This document shows, one piece after another, positions 53,406 to 64,000 of a stretch of DNA of 64,000 nt. Source of the stretch: an uncultured Verrucomicrobiae bacterium (GTDB lineage: Bacteria; Verrucomicrobiota; Verrucomicrobiia; Limisphaerales; Palsa-1400); assembly GCA_963707025.1 (NCBI GenBank), contig CAVPOM010000017.1, positions 96,001-160,000 of the forward strand. Direction: 5' to 3'. A program made the position numbers and the translations under genes. The notes beneath the pieces were generated by a model. The model searched no databases and was not told the DNA's origin. It was given only the letters and a program-made list of their open reading frames with translations. How positions within the stretch are numbered: the first letter of the stretch is position 1; each line of letters begins with the position of its first letter.

Positions 53406-55573
53406 ACTGGCCCGCTTTTGTCCATCCCTGGATGCTGGCCGGCCTGGCGGCGGCCGGGCTGCCGGTGCTGATTCATTTTTTGACGCGGGCGCGCCCGCGG
53501 CGCATCGCCTTCCCGCCGTATCATTTTCTGCTGGAGGCCTGCGCGGGGCAACAAGCACTGCACCGCCTGCGCACTGTTCTGCTGCTGGCCCTCCGCTGCC
53601 TGGCGGTGATGGCGCTGGCCCTGCTCTTCGCCCGCCCCTTTTTCAAACCGGCCGGCGCGGCGGCCGGGGCGGCGGCGGGGACGCGGGTTGTCGTTGTGCT
53701 GGACGCATCGCTTTCCATGCGCGCGGTGGAACAGGGGGTGCCGCTGTTTGCCAAAGCCCAGGCCGAGGCCGCCGATGTCCTGCGCGGGCTGGAATCCGGC
53801 GCGCAAGCCGCCGTCATTCTGGAAGGAACCACCCCGCGCGCCCTCCTGCCCGCCCTCTCGCGCAACCTGCCCGCCCTGCACGAAGCGCTGGTGAAAACCG
53901 CGCCGACCTTCGAGTGCGGCGACCCGGCCGCGGCCCTGGCCTTGGCGGCGAAAATGCTGGGCGGGGCCGGCACGATTTACGTGTTCAGTGATTTCCAAAA
54001 ATCCAATTGGGAGCAGGCGCGCGAACTGCCCGCCGGGGTGGTGTGCCGGCTCCGCCCGGTGGCGCGCGAGGCGGTGGACAACGTGGCCATCACGGCGGCC
54101 CGATTGTCGCCCGCCGAGCCGGTCATCGGCGAACCGCTGGAGGTGCTGGGCACGATTTTTAACTGCACCGCCCGGCCGCGCCAGGAAAGCTTGCGCCTGG
54201 AACTGGGCGACTTCACCCACGAAACGCGGGTGACAGTCCCGGCTTTCGGCACGGCCGACGCCGTTTTCAACGTGGCCGTTCCCCGCGCCGGATCGTTTGC
54301 CGGCAAACTTTCCCTGCAACCGGATGACCTGGTGGAAGACAACACCCGCTGGCTGGTGGCGCGGGTCAGCCAGGCCCTCAAGATTCTTTTGGTCAACGAT
54401 GCCGACGAATCCGACCAGCAGAGCGCCGCCTTCTATATCAGCCGCGCCCTGGCGCCCTCGCCCCAAGCCGCGCCCGGTCTGTCCGTGACGCGCCGGCAGA
54501 GCCAGGACACCGACCGCGGCGTCCTGGAAACGGCGGATGTTTTTGTGCTGGTCGCTCCGGCGGCTTTAAGCGGGGAAGCCGTCGAGATCATGGCGCGACG
54601 CGTCCAGGAAGGGGCGCGCCTGATGGTGTTTCTGGATGGTCCGACGGCGGCGCAGCTCCTGCCGCCGGCCTTTGACGCGCCCTTTCATCTCCAGCGCACC
54701 GTGACTTCGGAAACGGGAGACGGAGTGACGGCGGGCGCGGGCAAACTTTTTCAGGAAGGCGACGCGGAGGACCTGGCGACGCTGCGGTTTCGCCGGCATT
54801 ATCAGTGTCAAATGGTGGAAAGCCGGCGGGGCGAGGTGCTGCTGTGGCATGCGGACGGCTCGCCGGCGCTGGCCTTGAGCAGCCACGGGCTGGGCGCTGC
54901 CGTTTTTGTCAACCTGCCGCTGACGCCGGACGGCGGCGGTTTCATCGGGCACCCGTTGTTTCCGGCGATGCTGCATGAATTGTTGCGCAGCCTGCGCCGC
55001 TCTTCGGAGGAGCAGCCGGTCACGCCCGGGTTCGCCTGGATGCTCGATGTTCCGGCCCGGGGCGAAGGGGCGGTCAGCGTGACCGATCCACAGGGCCGCG
55101 CGGTGGAAGCGCGGGTGGTGGCCAGCGGGCGCACCACGCGCCTGGCCTTGGCCCCGGCCCGCCTGCCCGGGGTTTACGTCGTCAAACAGGGGGAGGCCAT
55201 CATCGCCCAGGCCGTGGTCAACGTGGACGCGCGCGAAAGTGACACCCGTCCCATCGCACTGGAGAATTTGAAGAGCGGGCCGGGCTCCGCCGTCACGGTG
55301 GCGCGGGAGGAGGACGATTTATTGCTGGCGGGAAAAACGCGGCAGCTCTGGCCCTGGCTGGCCGGGACGGCGGCGGCTTTGCTCGCCTCGGAAATGTTGC
55401 TGCTCTCCCTCTGGCGCCAACCGCGGAAAGTGTCTTCAACCCTCCCTGTCCTCCCTCCTGTCCCCCGCAGGCCCGGCGAAGGAGGAAGCTTTAGCGGAGG
55501 AGGAAATCCGCCCTCCTTCGCCGAGCCTGCGGAGGGTAAACCATCCGCAATCCCGAAGGAGGCCTTGCCATGA
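53402..55573 (+). CDS. BatA-type N-terminal double-TM + vWA domain protein
   Basis: FVHPWML..LPVLIHFL..FPP..LL..LR..LFARP; MIDAS LDASLSM, VFSDFQ; VNVDARESD; C-terminal TM. Confidence 0.85.
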   Translation: MNWPAFVHPWMLAGLAAAGLPVLIHFLTRARPRRIAFPPYHFLLEACAGQQALHRLRTVLLLALRCLAVMALALLFARPFFKPAGAAAGAAAGTRVVVVLDASLSMRAVEQGVPLFAKAQAEAADVLRGLESGAQAAVILEGTTPRALLPALSRNLPALHEALVKTAPTFECGDPAAALALAAKMLGGAGTIYVFSDFQKSNWEQARELPAGVVCRLRPVAREAVDNVAITAARLSPAEPVIGEPLEVLGTIFNCTARPRQESLRLELGDFTHETRVTVPAFGTADAVFNVAVPRAGSFAGKLSLQPDDLVEDNTRWLVARVSQALKILLVNDADESDQQSAAFYISRALAPSPQAAPGLSVTRRQSQDTDRGVLETADVFVLVAPAALSGEAVEIMARRVQEGARLMVFLDGPTAAQLLPPAFDAPFHLQRTVTSETGDGVTAGAGKLFQEGDAEDLATLRFRRHYQCQMVESRRGEVLLWHADGSPALALSSHGLGAAVFVNLPLTPDGGGFIGHPLFPAMLHELLRSLRRSSEEQPVTPGFAWMLDVPARGEGAVSVTDPQGRAVEARVVASGRTTRLALAPARLPGVYVVKQGEAIIAQAVVNVDARESDTRPIALENLKSGPGSAVTVAREEDDLLLAGKTRQLWPWLAGTAAALLASEMLLLSLWRQPRKVSSTLPVLPPVPRRPGEGGSFSGGGNPPSFAEPAEGKPSAIPKEALP

Positions 55574-57739
55574 ACTGGCTTTTCACCCCCGTCTGGAGCG
55601 AACGTCTCATCGCCGCCATCGCGCTGGGTTTGCTGGCGCTGGCGGGCCTGCGCCGCTGGCGGGAAGGCCGGGGCGGCGGGCCGCTGGCCTTGCGGGCGCT
55701 GGTCGTCGGCGGTCTGCTCCTGGTGCTGCTCAATCCCCAGGCGCCGCTCCCCCGCGAACGGACCGGCCAGCCCAAGCTCGTTATTTTGCTGGACACCTCG
55801 GCCAGCATGGCGGTGCGCGACGCGGGGGGAGATGCGCGGCTGGGCGCGGCCTTGCGCGTCCTGACCAACGCCTCCACCCTGGCGGGGTTGAACCGGGATT
55901 TCGTCCTGGATGTCCGCCGCTTTGACCGGGACCTTGGCCCGGCCGATTTAACCCGGCTTGCCGGGGAGAAGCCGGACGGCGACGCCACCGACACGGCGCA
56001 TGCCCTCATGAGCGTGGTGTCCGAACTGGGCGACGAAAAAACGCAAGCCGGTGTGCTGCTGGTCTCGGACGGGCGGGCCACCACGCCGGAGACCGGCCAG
56101 GCGGCGCAACTGGCGCTGGCCCGGTCCGTCCCGCTGTGGACCTGGACCCTGGGCGGGCCGGTGGCCAAGCACGATTTGTGGATCGAGACGGCTTCGTCCG
56201 AAGCGCTGGCCTTCAGCGGGGCGGAAGTAGAGTTGACAGCAACCTTGCGCGAGGCCGGCTACCCCAACCGCAGTTTCAAGGTCCAGTTGCTCCAGGACGA
56301 CAAAGTGATCGCGGAGAAGGAATGGACGCCGGACAGCGGCGGGGCGGCGCGCGTCTCCATGACGGTGACGGCGCCGGAGGAGGGCGAACAACGCTATCTG
56401 TTTCGCGTGCCGCCGCAACCGGAGGAGGCGGACACGGCCAACAATGAACGCGCCGTGTTCCTGCGCTCGGTGCGCCTGGCAGGTGCGGGTGCTGGTGGCG
56501 GAGGGACAGCCTTCGTGGGACACGAAATTCCTGGTGCAGTCGCTCAAGCGCAATCCCAAGGTGGACCTGACCGCGGTTTATCGCCTCAATGCCCAGCGCC
56601 ACGTCGCGGTCCTTTCCGCGACCAACGGCGAAATGCGCAGCGAACAGGACCTTTTCCCGCGGACGGCGGAGGCGATGGACGCCTACGACGTGATCGTGCT
56701 GGGGCGCGAGGTGGACGCTTTTTTTGACAACCAGACGGAGGCGCTGCTGACGGATTTTGTGGCGCGGCGGGGCGGCAGCCTGGTCTTCGCGCGCGGCAAG
56801 GCCTACGGCGGGCGGTTTCCGGCGCTGGCGAAATTTGAGCCGGTGGCCTGGGGCAGCGGGCCGGCGGCGGCGGTCAAGCTGCGGCCCACCGAAGCGGGGC
56901 GTGACAATCCTATTTTTGACCTGGGGGCGGCCGGGACGCTGGAGGAATTGCTGGACCGGCTGCCGGCGCTGGACCAGGCCAGCGTCACGTTGGGGGAGAA
57001 ACCGCTGGCAGTGGTGCTGGCCAACTCCCTGGAACCGGACGGCCCAATCCTGCTGGCCTATCAGCGCTACGGCCAGGGCAAGGCGCTGAGTTTGAACGCG
57101 GGCGGATTGTGGCGGTGGTCCTTCCGCCAGACCGGCCAGGAGGAAAGCGAGGCGGCCTATCAACGCTTCTGGGTGTCGCTCTTGCAGTGGCTCTTGGGCG
57201 GCAGCCAGTTTTTGCCCGGCTCGGACTTGGCCCTGACCAGCGCCCGCCGCTATTACACCAGCGAGCAGCCCATGCGCTTCCTCATCGCCACGCGCAACCT
57301 GGAGGCCGCCGCTTACCAGCCGCGCCTGGTCATCGCCGGCTTGGGCCGGAGCACGGAAGTGGAACCGCGCGCCCGGGGCGACTCCCTCGTGGCGGAGGCC
57401 GGTCCGTTCGCGCCGGGATCCTATCGGGTCACGCTGAAAAACAATGTGGGAAAACCGGCCGAATTGACCCAAACCATCGAGGTGGTGAGCGCGTCGGTGG
57501 AAAACCGGGAGCTTTCCGCCGACCCCGAAACCATGCGCAAGCTGGCGGAGGTTTCCGGCGGCGCGGTGGTCCAGGCCGGCGACGTGGCCCGCCTGTCCGA
57601 AGTCATCCGGCGCTGGGAAGTCCGGCGTGAATTATCGCACCGCGAACAACCGGTTTGGGACCGGTGGTGGCTGTGGGCGGCGCTGGCCGGCTTGCTCGGG
57701 GCCGAATGGTGGCTGCGCCGCCAGGAAGGATTATTATGA
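55570..57739 (+). CDS. vWA + Ig-like + GATase-like membrane protein, frameshift near 56475
   Basis: LLDTSASM, LVSDGR, EADTANN, VRVLVAEGQPSWDTKFL, YGQGK..LWRW..YQRFW, EWWLRRQEGLL*. Confidence 0.8.
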
Positions 57740-60449
57740 AAAGTGTGCTGCACAGTTTGCGCTCGCGCCTGGCCGGTGGATGGCGTTGCGCTCGGTGCTG
57801 GCCGCGCTGGCCATGCTGGGCACGCTCACACTCGCGCTGGTCCTGGCGGACGCGGCGGTGGATTTGCCGCAGGGCGCGCGGGTGGCCGCCCCCGCGTTGC
57901 TGGCCGCGGCGGTTTTGGGGGTGGTGCTGGGCGGATGGGTGTTGTGGCGGCGCCTGACGGAAATAAGGCTGGCCCGCGCCTTGGAGCGCAAGGACACCTC
58001 GCTGGGCAACCGCCTGACCAACGCCGTGGACCTGGCGCGGAAAACCGGCGACAGCCCGGCGCAGGAATTCTTGCGGCGCCAGGCCGTCGAGCTGGGACGG
58101 CGCTCGGCGGCGGCATTGCCGGCGCGGCTGTTCCTGGGACGCAGCGTGCCGCGGACGTTTTTGATTTTGTTGGGCAGCCTGCTGGCCTGGGGAATTTTGC
58201 GGCTGGCGGCGCCGGATTTGGTCCGGGCCGTTGTGCCGCGCTTTTTGGATGCGCGAGGGGACCATCCGCCCTTCAGCCGGTTGATCCTCCAGGTGACTCC
58301 CGGGGCCGCTTCCATTCTCTACGGCGGCCAGATGGAAGTGCGGGCGACGGCCAGCGGCAGGTTGGTGGACAAATTGTGGCTGGTGCAGCGGACCGGCACG
58401 CGGGAGACGCGCGCCATCATGTTTTTGGCCCCGGACAAATCGTTTTTTCAAACCCTGGCCAATTTGCGGGAAGCCACCGAGTATTGGGTGACGGACGGGG
58501 CGGCGCGCAGCCGGCGGTTTGCCGTGACGGTGCTGAACACGCCGCAAATCGCGCAGGTGGAAGTGACAACGGAGTTTCCCCAATACACCGGCAAACCGGC
58601 CCACACGGGCAAATTGAGCGAGGAAGCGCAGGCCCTGCCGGAAGACACCCGCGTCAGCTTCCGCGTGACCAGCAACCGCCCGCTCCAATCGGGCGCGCTT
58701 GAGCTGACGCCGGTGCTGGGGGGAAAACCGGCCACCGTCAAACTGGCCCCGGCCCAAGCCGGCACTGCCGTCGTCAGCGGCAGCTTCATCCTGACCGAGG
58801 CAGTCGCCTTCAGCCTTTCCGTGCGGGACACCGGCGGGCTGGACTCAGCGGAAAACCGGCGGGGACGGTTTAATATTCTGCCGGACCAGCCGCCGCGCCT
58901 CTTTGTGCTGGAGCCGGGCAAAGACGCGGTGGCGACGCCGACGACCCGCGTCCCGGTGCGGGTGCAGGCGACGGATGATTACGCGGTGACGCGAGTGGGC
59001 TGGCTGCGCGGATTCAACCGCTCGACCGAACGCCCGCTGAACATGAAGCTGACACTGCAAGGCGGCCCGCAAGCGGTCGAGGCGGCCGGAGCGTTTGAAC
59101 TGGCCAAGCTGGGGGTGCGGCCCGGGGACGTGATTGATTACTATTTTGAAGCGGCGGACAATAATCCCAAGGGGCCCAATGTCGTGTTCAGCCGCCCCTT
59201 CCGGCTGGAGATCATTTCGCCCGAACAATACGAAGCGATGTTGCGCCAATACGCCGCGCAAAAGGCGCTCTTTGAATCCTATTTCAAAAACGACGCCTGG
59301 CTCAAGCGCCTGGCGGAACGGGCGCGCAGCGCCGCAGCCAAGGCGGAAAAGACCGATCCGGGCGCGCGCGACGAGGCGGCGGCGCTGGCCAAACTGCTGG
59401 ACGAATACCAGAAGGCGCTGCAGAAACTTTTGCAGGAGCCGGCCATGTTCGACGTGGAGCAGTCGTTCCGGGAGACACTGTCCGCGGAACTGGCCGCCAT
59501 CGAGGCCTTGAAATCGAGGCTGGACAAGGCCCTCGCCGGCGGCGTGCTGGATGCGGAGGCGCTGAAGAAGTTGAGCGAGGAACTGGGCGCGTTGAGCCAG
59601 GAGGAGGCGGCGGCGGTGTTCCTGCCGGCGCAGGAAATTGCGGCGGTGGTGGATCTGCTGGCGGCGGCGGACGCTTTTGTCAAGCTGGCCCAGCGCCAGG
59701 CCGCCCTGGCCCAATTGCTGGAGCGCTTTGCCCAAATCCCCAATCCCTTGTCGCGCCTGGAGCAGATGGAATTGCAGGAACTGGCCCACCAACAGCATCG
59801 CGTGCAGGACGAACTGCGGGATTTGCTGGGGCGATTGCCGGAGCTGCTGAACAAGATTCCGCGCAACGCCGCCTACGAACAATTGCATGAGGACGTGAAT
59901 GATTTTCTCCAGGCGGCGGGCGATTTGAAAATATTTGAGGACCTGGCCGCCGCCTCGCAGGCGCTGGATTTGCCGGAGGCGCGCACCGGCCAGGCTCTGG
60001 CCGCGCGCGCCGCGGCCAAAATGGACCAGCTTATCGCCCGCTGCAATGCCGCGGGCACGGCGGGCGACCAAGCCCTGACCCTGCGCTTCGCGCCTCTTCT
60101 CAGAAAGCCCGGCCTGGGCAACACCCTCGCCCAGATTCTGGCCGCGCTCGGGTCGGGCCAGGGCCAGGGGGGACGGGATGGTTACGGATTGTTTAATGAA
60201 GGCGTCGCCGTGTACGGCCCGAACGTCCAATTGGCCGGAGAGCAGGCCGGCAACCGGGGCGAGGCCCGCGCCGACACCAGCCGCCGCGACCAGCAGGTGG
60301 CGGGCGACGCGCGCGACCCGGGTTTGGCGCAGCCGGAGGCGCCGGGCCGCGTCCGCCTGCAGCCCGACGCCAAATTCCCCCTGCGCTACCGGGAGCTGGT
60401 GGGCGAGTATTTTCGCGCCGTCGCGGAATCCCAAAAGGAAGGAAACTGA
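57736..60449 (+). CDS. Large membrane-anchored coiled-coil protein (DUF4175-like), frameshift near 57775
   Basis: N-terminal TMs, LGNRLTNAVDL, FPQYTG, DQPP, ATDDYAV, GDVIDYYFEAADN; helical C-half; PLRYRELVGEYF. Confidence 0.7.
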
Positions 60450-60503
60450 TTATGAGATTAGGATTAAGATTAGGATTAGGAAGGAGACGTTCCGGCCGGG
60501 GCG

Positions 60504-61139
60504 ATGTTGCTTCTGGCCGCGCTCTGTGCCGCGCATACGCCCACGGCCGGGGCGGCCGGGAACGAGGTGGAATGCGCCAACCTGATTTATGCCGGGACGA
60601 AAAGCTCGGTTTGTTTCGGGGAAGAGTTTTTGGCGACGGTGGCCAGCCAGACCAGCATCAACACCTCCCGCAAGTTCAAGCCGGTGAAACTGGGTGAGAG
60701 CGAAGTTTTTAACTTTCCTTTCGCCGTGATGACGGGCGAGGGCGCCTTCACCCTGACCGAGGAGGAGCGCAAAAATCTCAAGCTCTACCTGGAAAAGGGC
60801 GGGTTCCTCCTGGCCAGCGCCGGGTGCAGCAGCAAGGAATGGGGCGACTCGTTTACCAGGGAAATGGAGGCCATCCTGCCCGAGCGCAAGCTGGCCGAAG
60901 TCCCCATGAGCCATCCTATTTTTCGCACCGTCTTCGATGTGGACCGGCTGGACATGAGCCACGGGGGCGACGCCAAGCTGCTCGGTTTGTCCATCGGCGG
61001 CAAGATTGTGGTGATTTACTCGCCGGACGGGCTGAACGACACGGCCAGCATGACCGGCTGCTGCTGTTGCGGCGGCAACGAGATTCGCAACAGCCAGAAA
61101 GTCAACGCCAACATCCTGGCCTACGCCTTGCTGCAATGA
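60504..61139 (+). CDS. DUF4159-family exported protein with a CCCC motif (true start may be 60452 with a frameshift)
   Basis: FPFAVMTGEGAF.LTEEERKNLKLYLEKGGFL, HPIFRTVFD, VIYSPDGL, GCCCCGGNE. Confidence 0.8.
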   Translation: MLLLAALCAAHTPTAGAAGNEVECANLIYAGTKSSVCFGEEFLATVASQTSINTSRKFKPVKLGESEVFNFPFAVMTGEGAFTLTEEERKNLKLYLEKGGFLLASAGCSSKEWGDSFTREMEAILPERKLAEVPMSHPIFRTVFDVDRLDMSHGGDAKLLGLSIGGKIVVIYSPDGLNDTASMTGCCCCGGNEIRNSQKVNANILAYALLQ

Positions 61140-61140
61140 C

Positions 61141-64000
61141 ATGAAAATCTGGCCGGCCATCCTGAAACGGGGCGCGGCGCGGCTCGCGGTGGCGGCGCTC
61201 CTGGCGGCGGGCTGGCCGGCGGGCGGCGCGGAGGCGACCAACCAGCCGGTGTTCCATGCCACCTTCCGGGCGGCGGCGGCGGCGGCGGCGGCGGACCAGT
61301 CGCTGGTCCTGCTCATCTTCGGGGCGGACTGGTGCGGGCCCTGCCAGCAATTGAAAAAGGAAACGCTGGCCGCGCCGGAGTTCCTCCTGCAGGGCGAGCC
61401 GCTGCATGTCGTGGAGGTGGATGTGGATGCCAGCCGGAAAATGGCGCGCGATTTTGCGGTGGAGGCGATCCCCGCCCTCGTCCTGCTCACCGCCGACGGC
61501 AAAATCACGGACCGCCGCACCGGATTTGTCAATACTACTGAAATGCTGGCCTTTCTCGACAACGGACGGCGCCGCGCCGACCTGGGACAATGGGACGGCC
61601 TGGCCCCGGCCAATCCGCTGGACCAATATCTCAAAAAAGCGGCGGCGGACAGTTTGACCACCAATGACCTGCGGCGCCTGGTGGAAATGTTGGGCGAACC
61701 GGACCCGGCGGACCGGGCCGGCCTGGCCGGCCTCCTGCTGGCGCAGCGGGAACAGGCCGTGCCCTGGCTGATTGACGCTGTCAATCATCCCTACTTGGGC
61801 GTGCGCATCGGGGCGGCGGAATTGCTGCGGCGCCTGGCGCCGCAAATCCCGGCCCTGGATCCCTGGCAGTCGCCGGAGGAACTGGCCGATGCGGCGGCCA
61901 ATCTCAGAAAGTGGTGGGCCGCGGCCGGCGCGCTCCCGCCGCCGGGCCGGGCGGAGGCGGCCGATCCGGCGCTGGACAATTCCGTCAAGGCGGCCTTGGA
62001 AACCTTGCGCGGGGATGATCCGGTGCGGCGCACCGCCGCCATGGCCGCGCTGGCCGGCGCGGGCGCCGCCGCCCTGCCCGCCGTGCGCGAGGCCATCCGG
62101 CGGGCGGAACGGAGCGCCGACCCGCGCATGATCGGCTGGCTGGAGGATGTGCGCTGGGCCATTCTCATCCCGGACGCCCTGGAAGAGCACGCGGGCGGCG
62201 TGCGCAAAATCCTGGCGCGCGGCAAGAGCCTGGAGCGGCAGTCGGCGGCGCAACGCTTGGGCCGGATGGGAGCGGAGGCCCTGGGCGCCTTGACCGAGAT
62301 GGTCAACGACAACGATCCCATTGTGGCGGAAAGCGCGGCCCGCGCCTTGTCGGAGGTGGGCGGCGATCACGCCATCCCCGCCCTGGCCGCGCTGCTCACC
62401 GCGGGCGACAGCAATTTGCGCATGACGGCGGCGCAGGCCCTGGGCCACACCAAGAGCGAGGACGCCATCCCACCGCTGCTCACGGTGGCGGATGACCCCA
62501 ATGAAGTGGTGGCTTGCACGGCCTTGGCCGCCTTGCAGGAGGCCCGCTCCGCCGGCAACGGCCTGCCCGCCAACCGGGCTGTGCCGGAGGAAATTTCCGC
62601 CGCCCTCCGCCGCGGTTTGGGCGATCCGCGCTGGCGGGTGCGCGCGGCGGCGGCGGAGGCTGCCGGAAAAATGGGCGCGCACGACCTGGCCGGCGAAGTG
62701 AAAAAATTGCTGGAGGACACCGACGGTTTCGTGGTGCAAAAAGCCCTGGCGGCGCTCAATGAGCTGGGCGCCCCGCCCGACACCCAGGCACTGGCCGCCA
62801 TCGCCCGGCGTCTGCCCGGTTTGCGGGCGGGCGCGGTGGCCACGATGTTGCAGTCAAAAACAAAGGAAACGATGGACGCCGTGACCGGGATGTTCAATGC
62901 CAGCGATGTCAACGGGCAAATCGCCATCCTCCAGGCCATGGCCGGCGAAGGGGGCGGGCGCAACGCGGCGGCGCTGGAATTCGGACTGAACGGGTTCTTC
63001 CCAAGTGGGAACGCCGGCGCAACGGAGGAGGATATAAGCTGGAAATCTTTGTTGACAAAGGCCGCCACTTCCCCGGAGGCCCGGTTGCGGCGCGGCGCGG
63101 CGGAGGCGCTGTTGCGGCAGCCGGCCAATCTTTCCTCCGAACTGGTCGCCCCGCTGCTGGCGGACGAGGACCCGGCCACCCGCGCGGCGGCGGCGGACGT
63201 GGTTCTGTCAATACTCGTTCCTCCGGCCAGCCCGGGGATGGTCTCGCGATCTGGCGCCGCGGCCGGGACCAACGCGCCGCCGGCCAGCGCCAGCCAGTTG
63301 GCCTCGTGGCACGCGGCCTTGCTGCAAAGAACCAACCCCGCCCCGTCGCTCCGCCTGGCGGCGGCCGTGTTTGCCACAGGCGACGCCAAAATGGATTTGC
63401 CGCTGCTCCTGGCCGCGTTGGACAAGCCGGAAGCCGCGCCCGCGCTGCGGGACCAGGATGCGGCGGCTCTGGGCTTGATTATGGCCAAGCTGCCCTGGCC
63501 GGAAGGCCGGGCGGTGCTCGACAAATTGTGCGGCTCCCCTGTCTTGTTCGCCATGGCCGCGCAACAAAGTGGACGCGCGGCCAGTGGACGCGCCGCCCCC
63601 GCCGCGGCCGATTATCTGCTGGAGCCGGCCCGGTTTAAATCAGCCCTGGAACGCGCCAGCGGCGAGCCGCTCCGGGACGCGCTGCAAATTCTGGCTGGCT
63701 ACCTCCAGCCCTCCTTCGGCGGCGAGGGCGTTATGGTCACAGGCATTTTGGCAGGCGGCGCCGCGCCGGCCGCCGCCGCCCCGTGGTCGCTCTGGGCGGA
63801 CAACGACCGGGTGAAATCCATAACGCTCACGCTGCTGGAATCCACCAACGCGGCCTGGCGGGCGGCGGCGGTCTATTCCCTGGGCTTGCGCACGGATGCG
63901 GAGCAAAACACGGCGATTTTCGAAAAGGCGGCCGGCGATCCCAATGGATGGGTCCGCCGGGCCGCCGCGCAAACCCTGGCGCGGCACACCAAGGACCGCG
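61141..64000 (+). CDS. Exported thioredoxin-domain + HEAT-repeat protein, 3' end outside window
   Basis: Manual translation from ATG 61141: signal peptide, FGADWCGPCQQL, VEAIPAL; HEAT units LRMTAAQALG, DPRWRVRAAAAEAAG, WRAAAVYSLG, DPNGWVRRAAAQTL. Confidence 0.85.
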   Translation, partial: MKIWPAILKRGAARLAVAALLAAGWPAGGAEATNQPVFHATFRAAAAAAAADQSLVLLIFGADWCGPCQQLKKETLAAPEFLLQGEPLHVVEVDVDASRKMARDFAVEAIPALVLLTADGKITDRRTGFVNTTEMLAFLDNGRRRADLGQWDGLAPANPLDQYLKKAAADSLTTNDLRRLVEMLGEPDPADRAGLAGLLLAQREQAVPWLIDAVNHPYLGVRIGAAELLRRLAPQIPALDPWQSPEELADAAANLRKWWAAAGALPPPGRAEAADPALDNSVKAALETLRGDDPVRRTAAMAALAGAGAAALPAVREAIRRAERSADPRMIGWLEDVRWAILIPDALEEHAGGVRKILARGKSLERQSAAQRLGRMGAEALGALTEMVNDNDPIVAESAARALSEVGGDHAIPALAALLTAGDSNLRMTAAQALGHTKSEDAIPPLLTVADDPNEVVACTALAALQEARSAGNGLPANRAVPEEISAALRRGLGDPRWRVRAAAAEAAGKMGAHDLAGEVKKLLEDTDGFVVQKALAALNELGAPPDTQALAAIARRLPGLRAGAVATMLQSKTKETMDAVTGMFNASDVNGQIAILQAMAGEGGGRNAAALEFGLNGFFPSGNAGATEEDISWKSLLTKAATSPEARLRRGAAEALLRQPANLSSELVAPLLADEDPATRAAAADVVLSILVPPASPGMVSRSGAAAGTNAPPASASQLASWHAALLQRTNPAPSLRLAAAVFATGDAKMDLPLLLAALDKPEAAPALRDQDAAALGLIMAKLPWPEGRAVLDKLCGSPVLFAMAAQQSGRAASGRAAPAAADYLLEPARFKSALERASGEPLRDALQILAGYLQPSFGGEGVMVTGILAGGAAPAAAAPWSLWADNDRVKSITLTLLESTNAAWRAAAVYSLGLRTDAEQNTAIFEKAAGDPNGWVRRAAAQTLARHTKDR

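Overview
High-GC bacterial chromosomal window. The gene repertoire (H-X9-DG prepilin-like gene, MoxR/BatA/vWA operon, signal-peptide NIPSNAP, hopanoid genes) suggests the PVC group, probably Verrucomicrobiota; this is inference. Left to right: partial mpl; a PIN/RHH toxin-antitoxin pair; ptsH-gatC-gatA-[degenerate class III cyclase-like gene]-gatB; shc-pyrD; dapF; a DEDD exonuclease; hpnG-like; a CzcCBA-like RND system followed by hpnK and an EamA gene; a NarL-type two-component pair; DUF2339/DUF3999-like membrane genes; an MFS/Zn-ADH/SDR sugar-acid cluster; NIPSNAP; DUF2252; AKR-GH2-coaC-HK-sigma54 RR-hpnD; ligA; a candidate 178-nt rod-shaped (6S-like) RNA; two paralogous Zn-ribbon/DUF4190/C-terminal-domain genes flanking a prepilin-like gene; a repeat surface protein; a 76-bp MITE; and a MoxR-DUF58-BatA/vWA-vWA-coiled coil-DUF4159(CCCC)-thioredoxin/HEAT operon running off the right end. 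About a dozen genes carry single-base frameshifts, probably assembly errors. No CRISPR array, rRNA, tRNA or transposase was seen. All family names come from motif recognition by eye; no searches were run.
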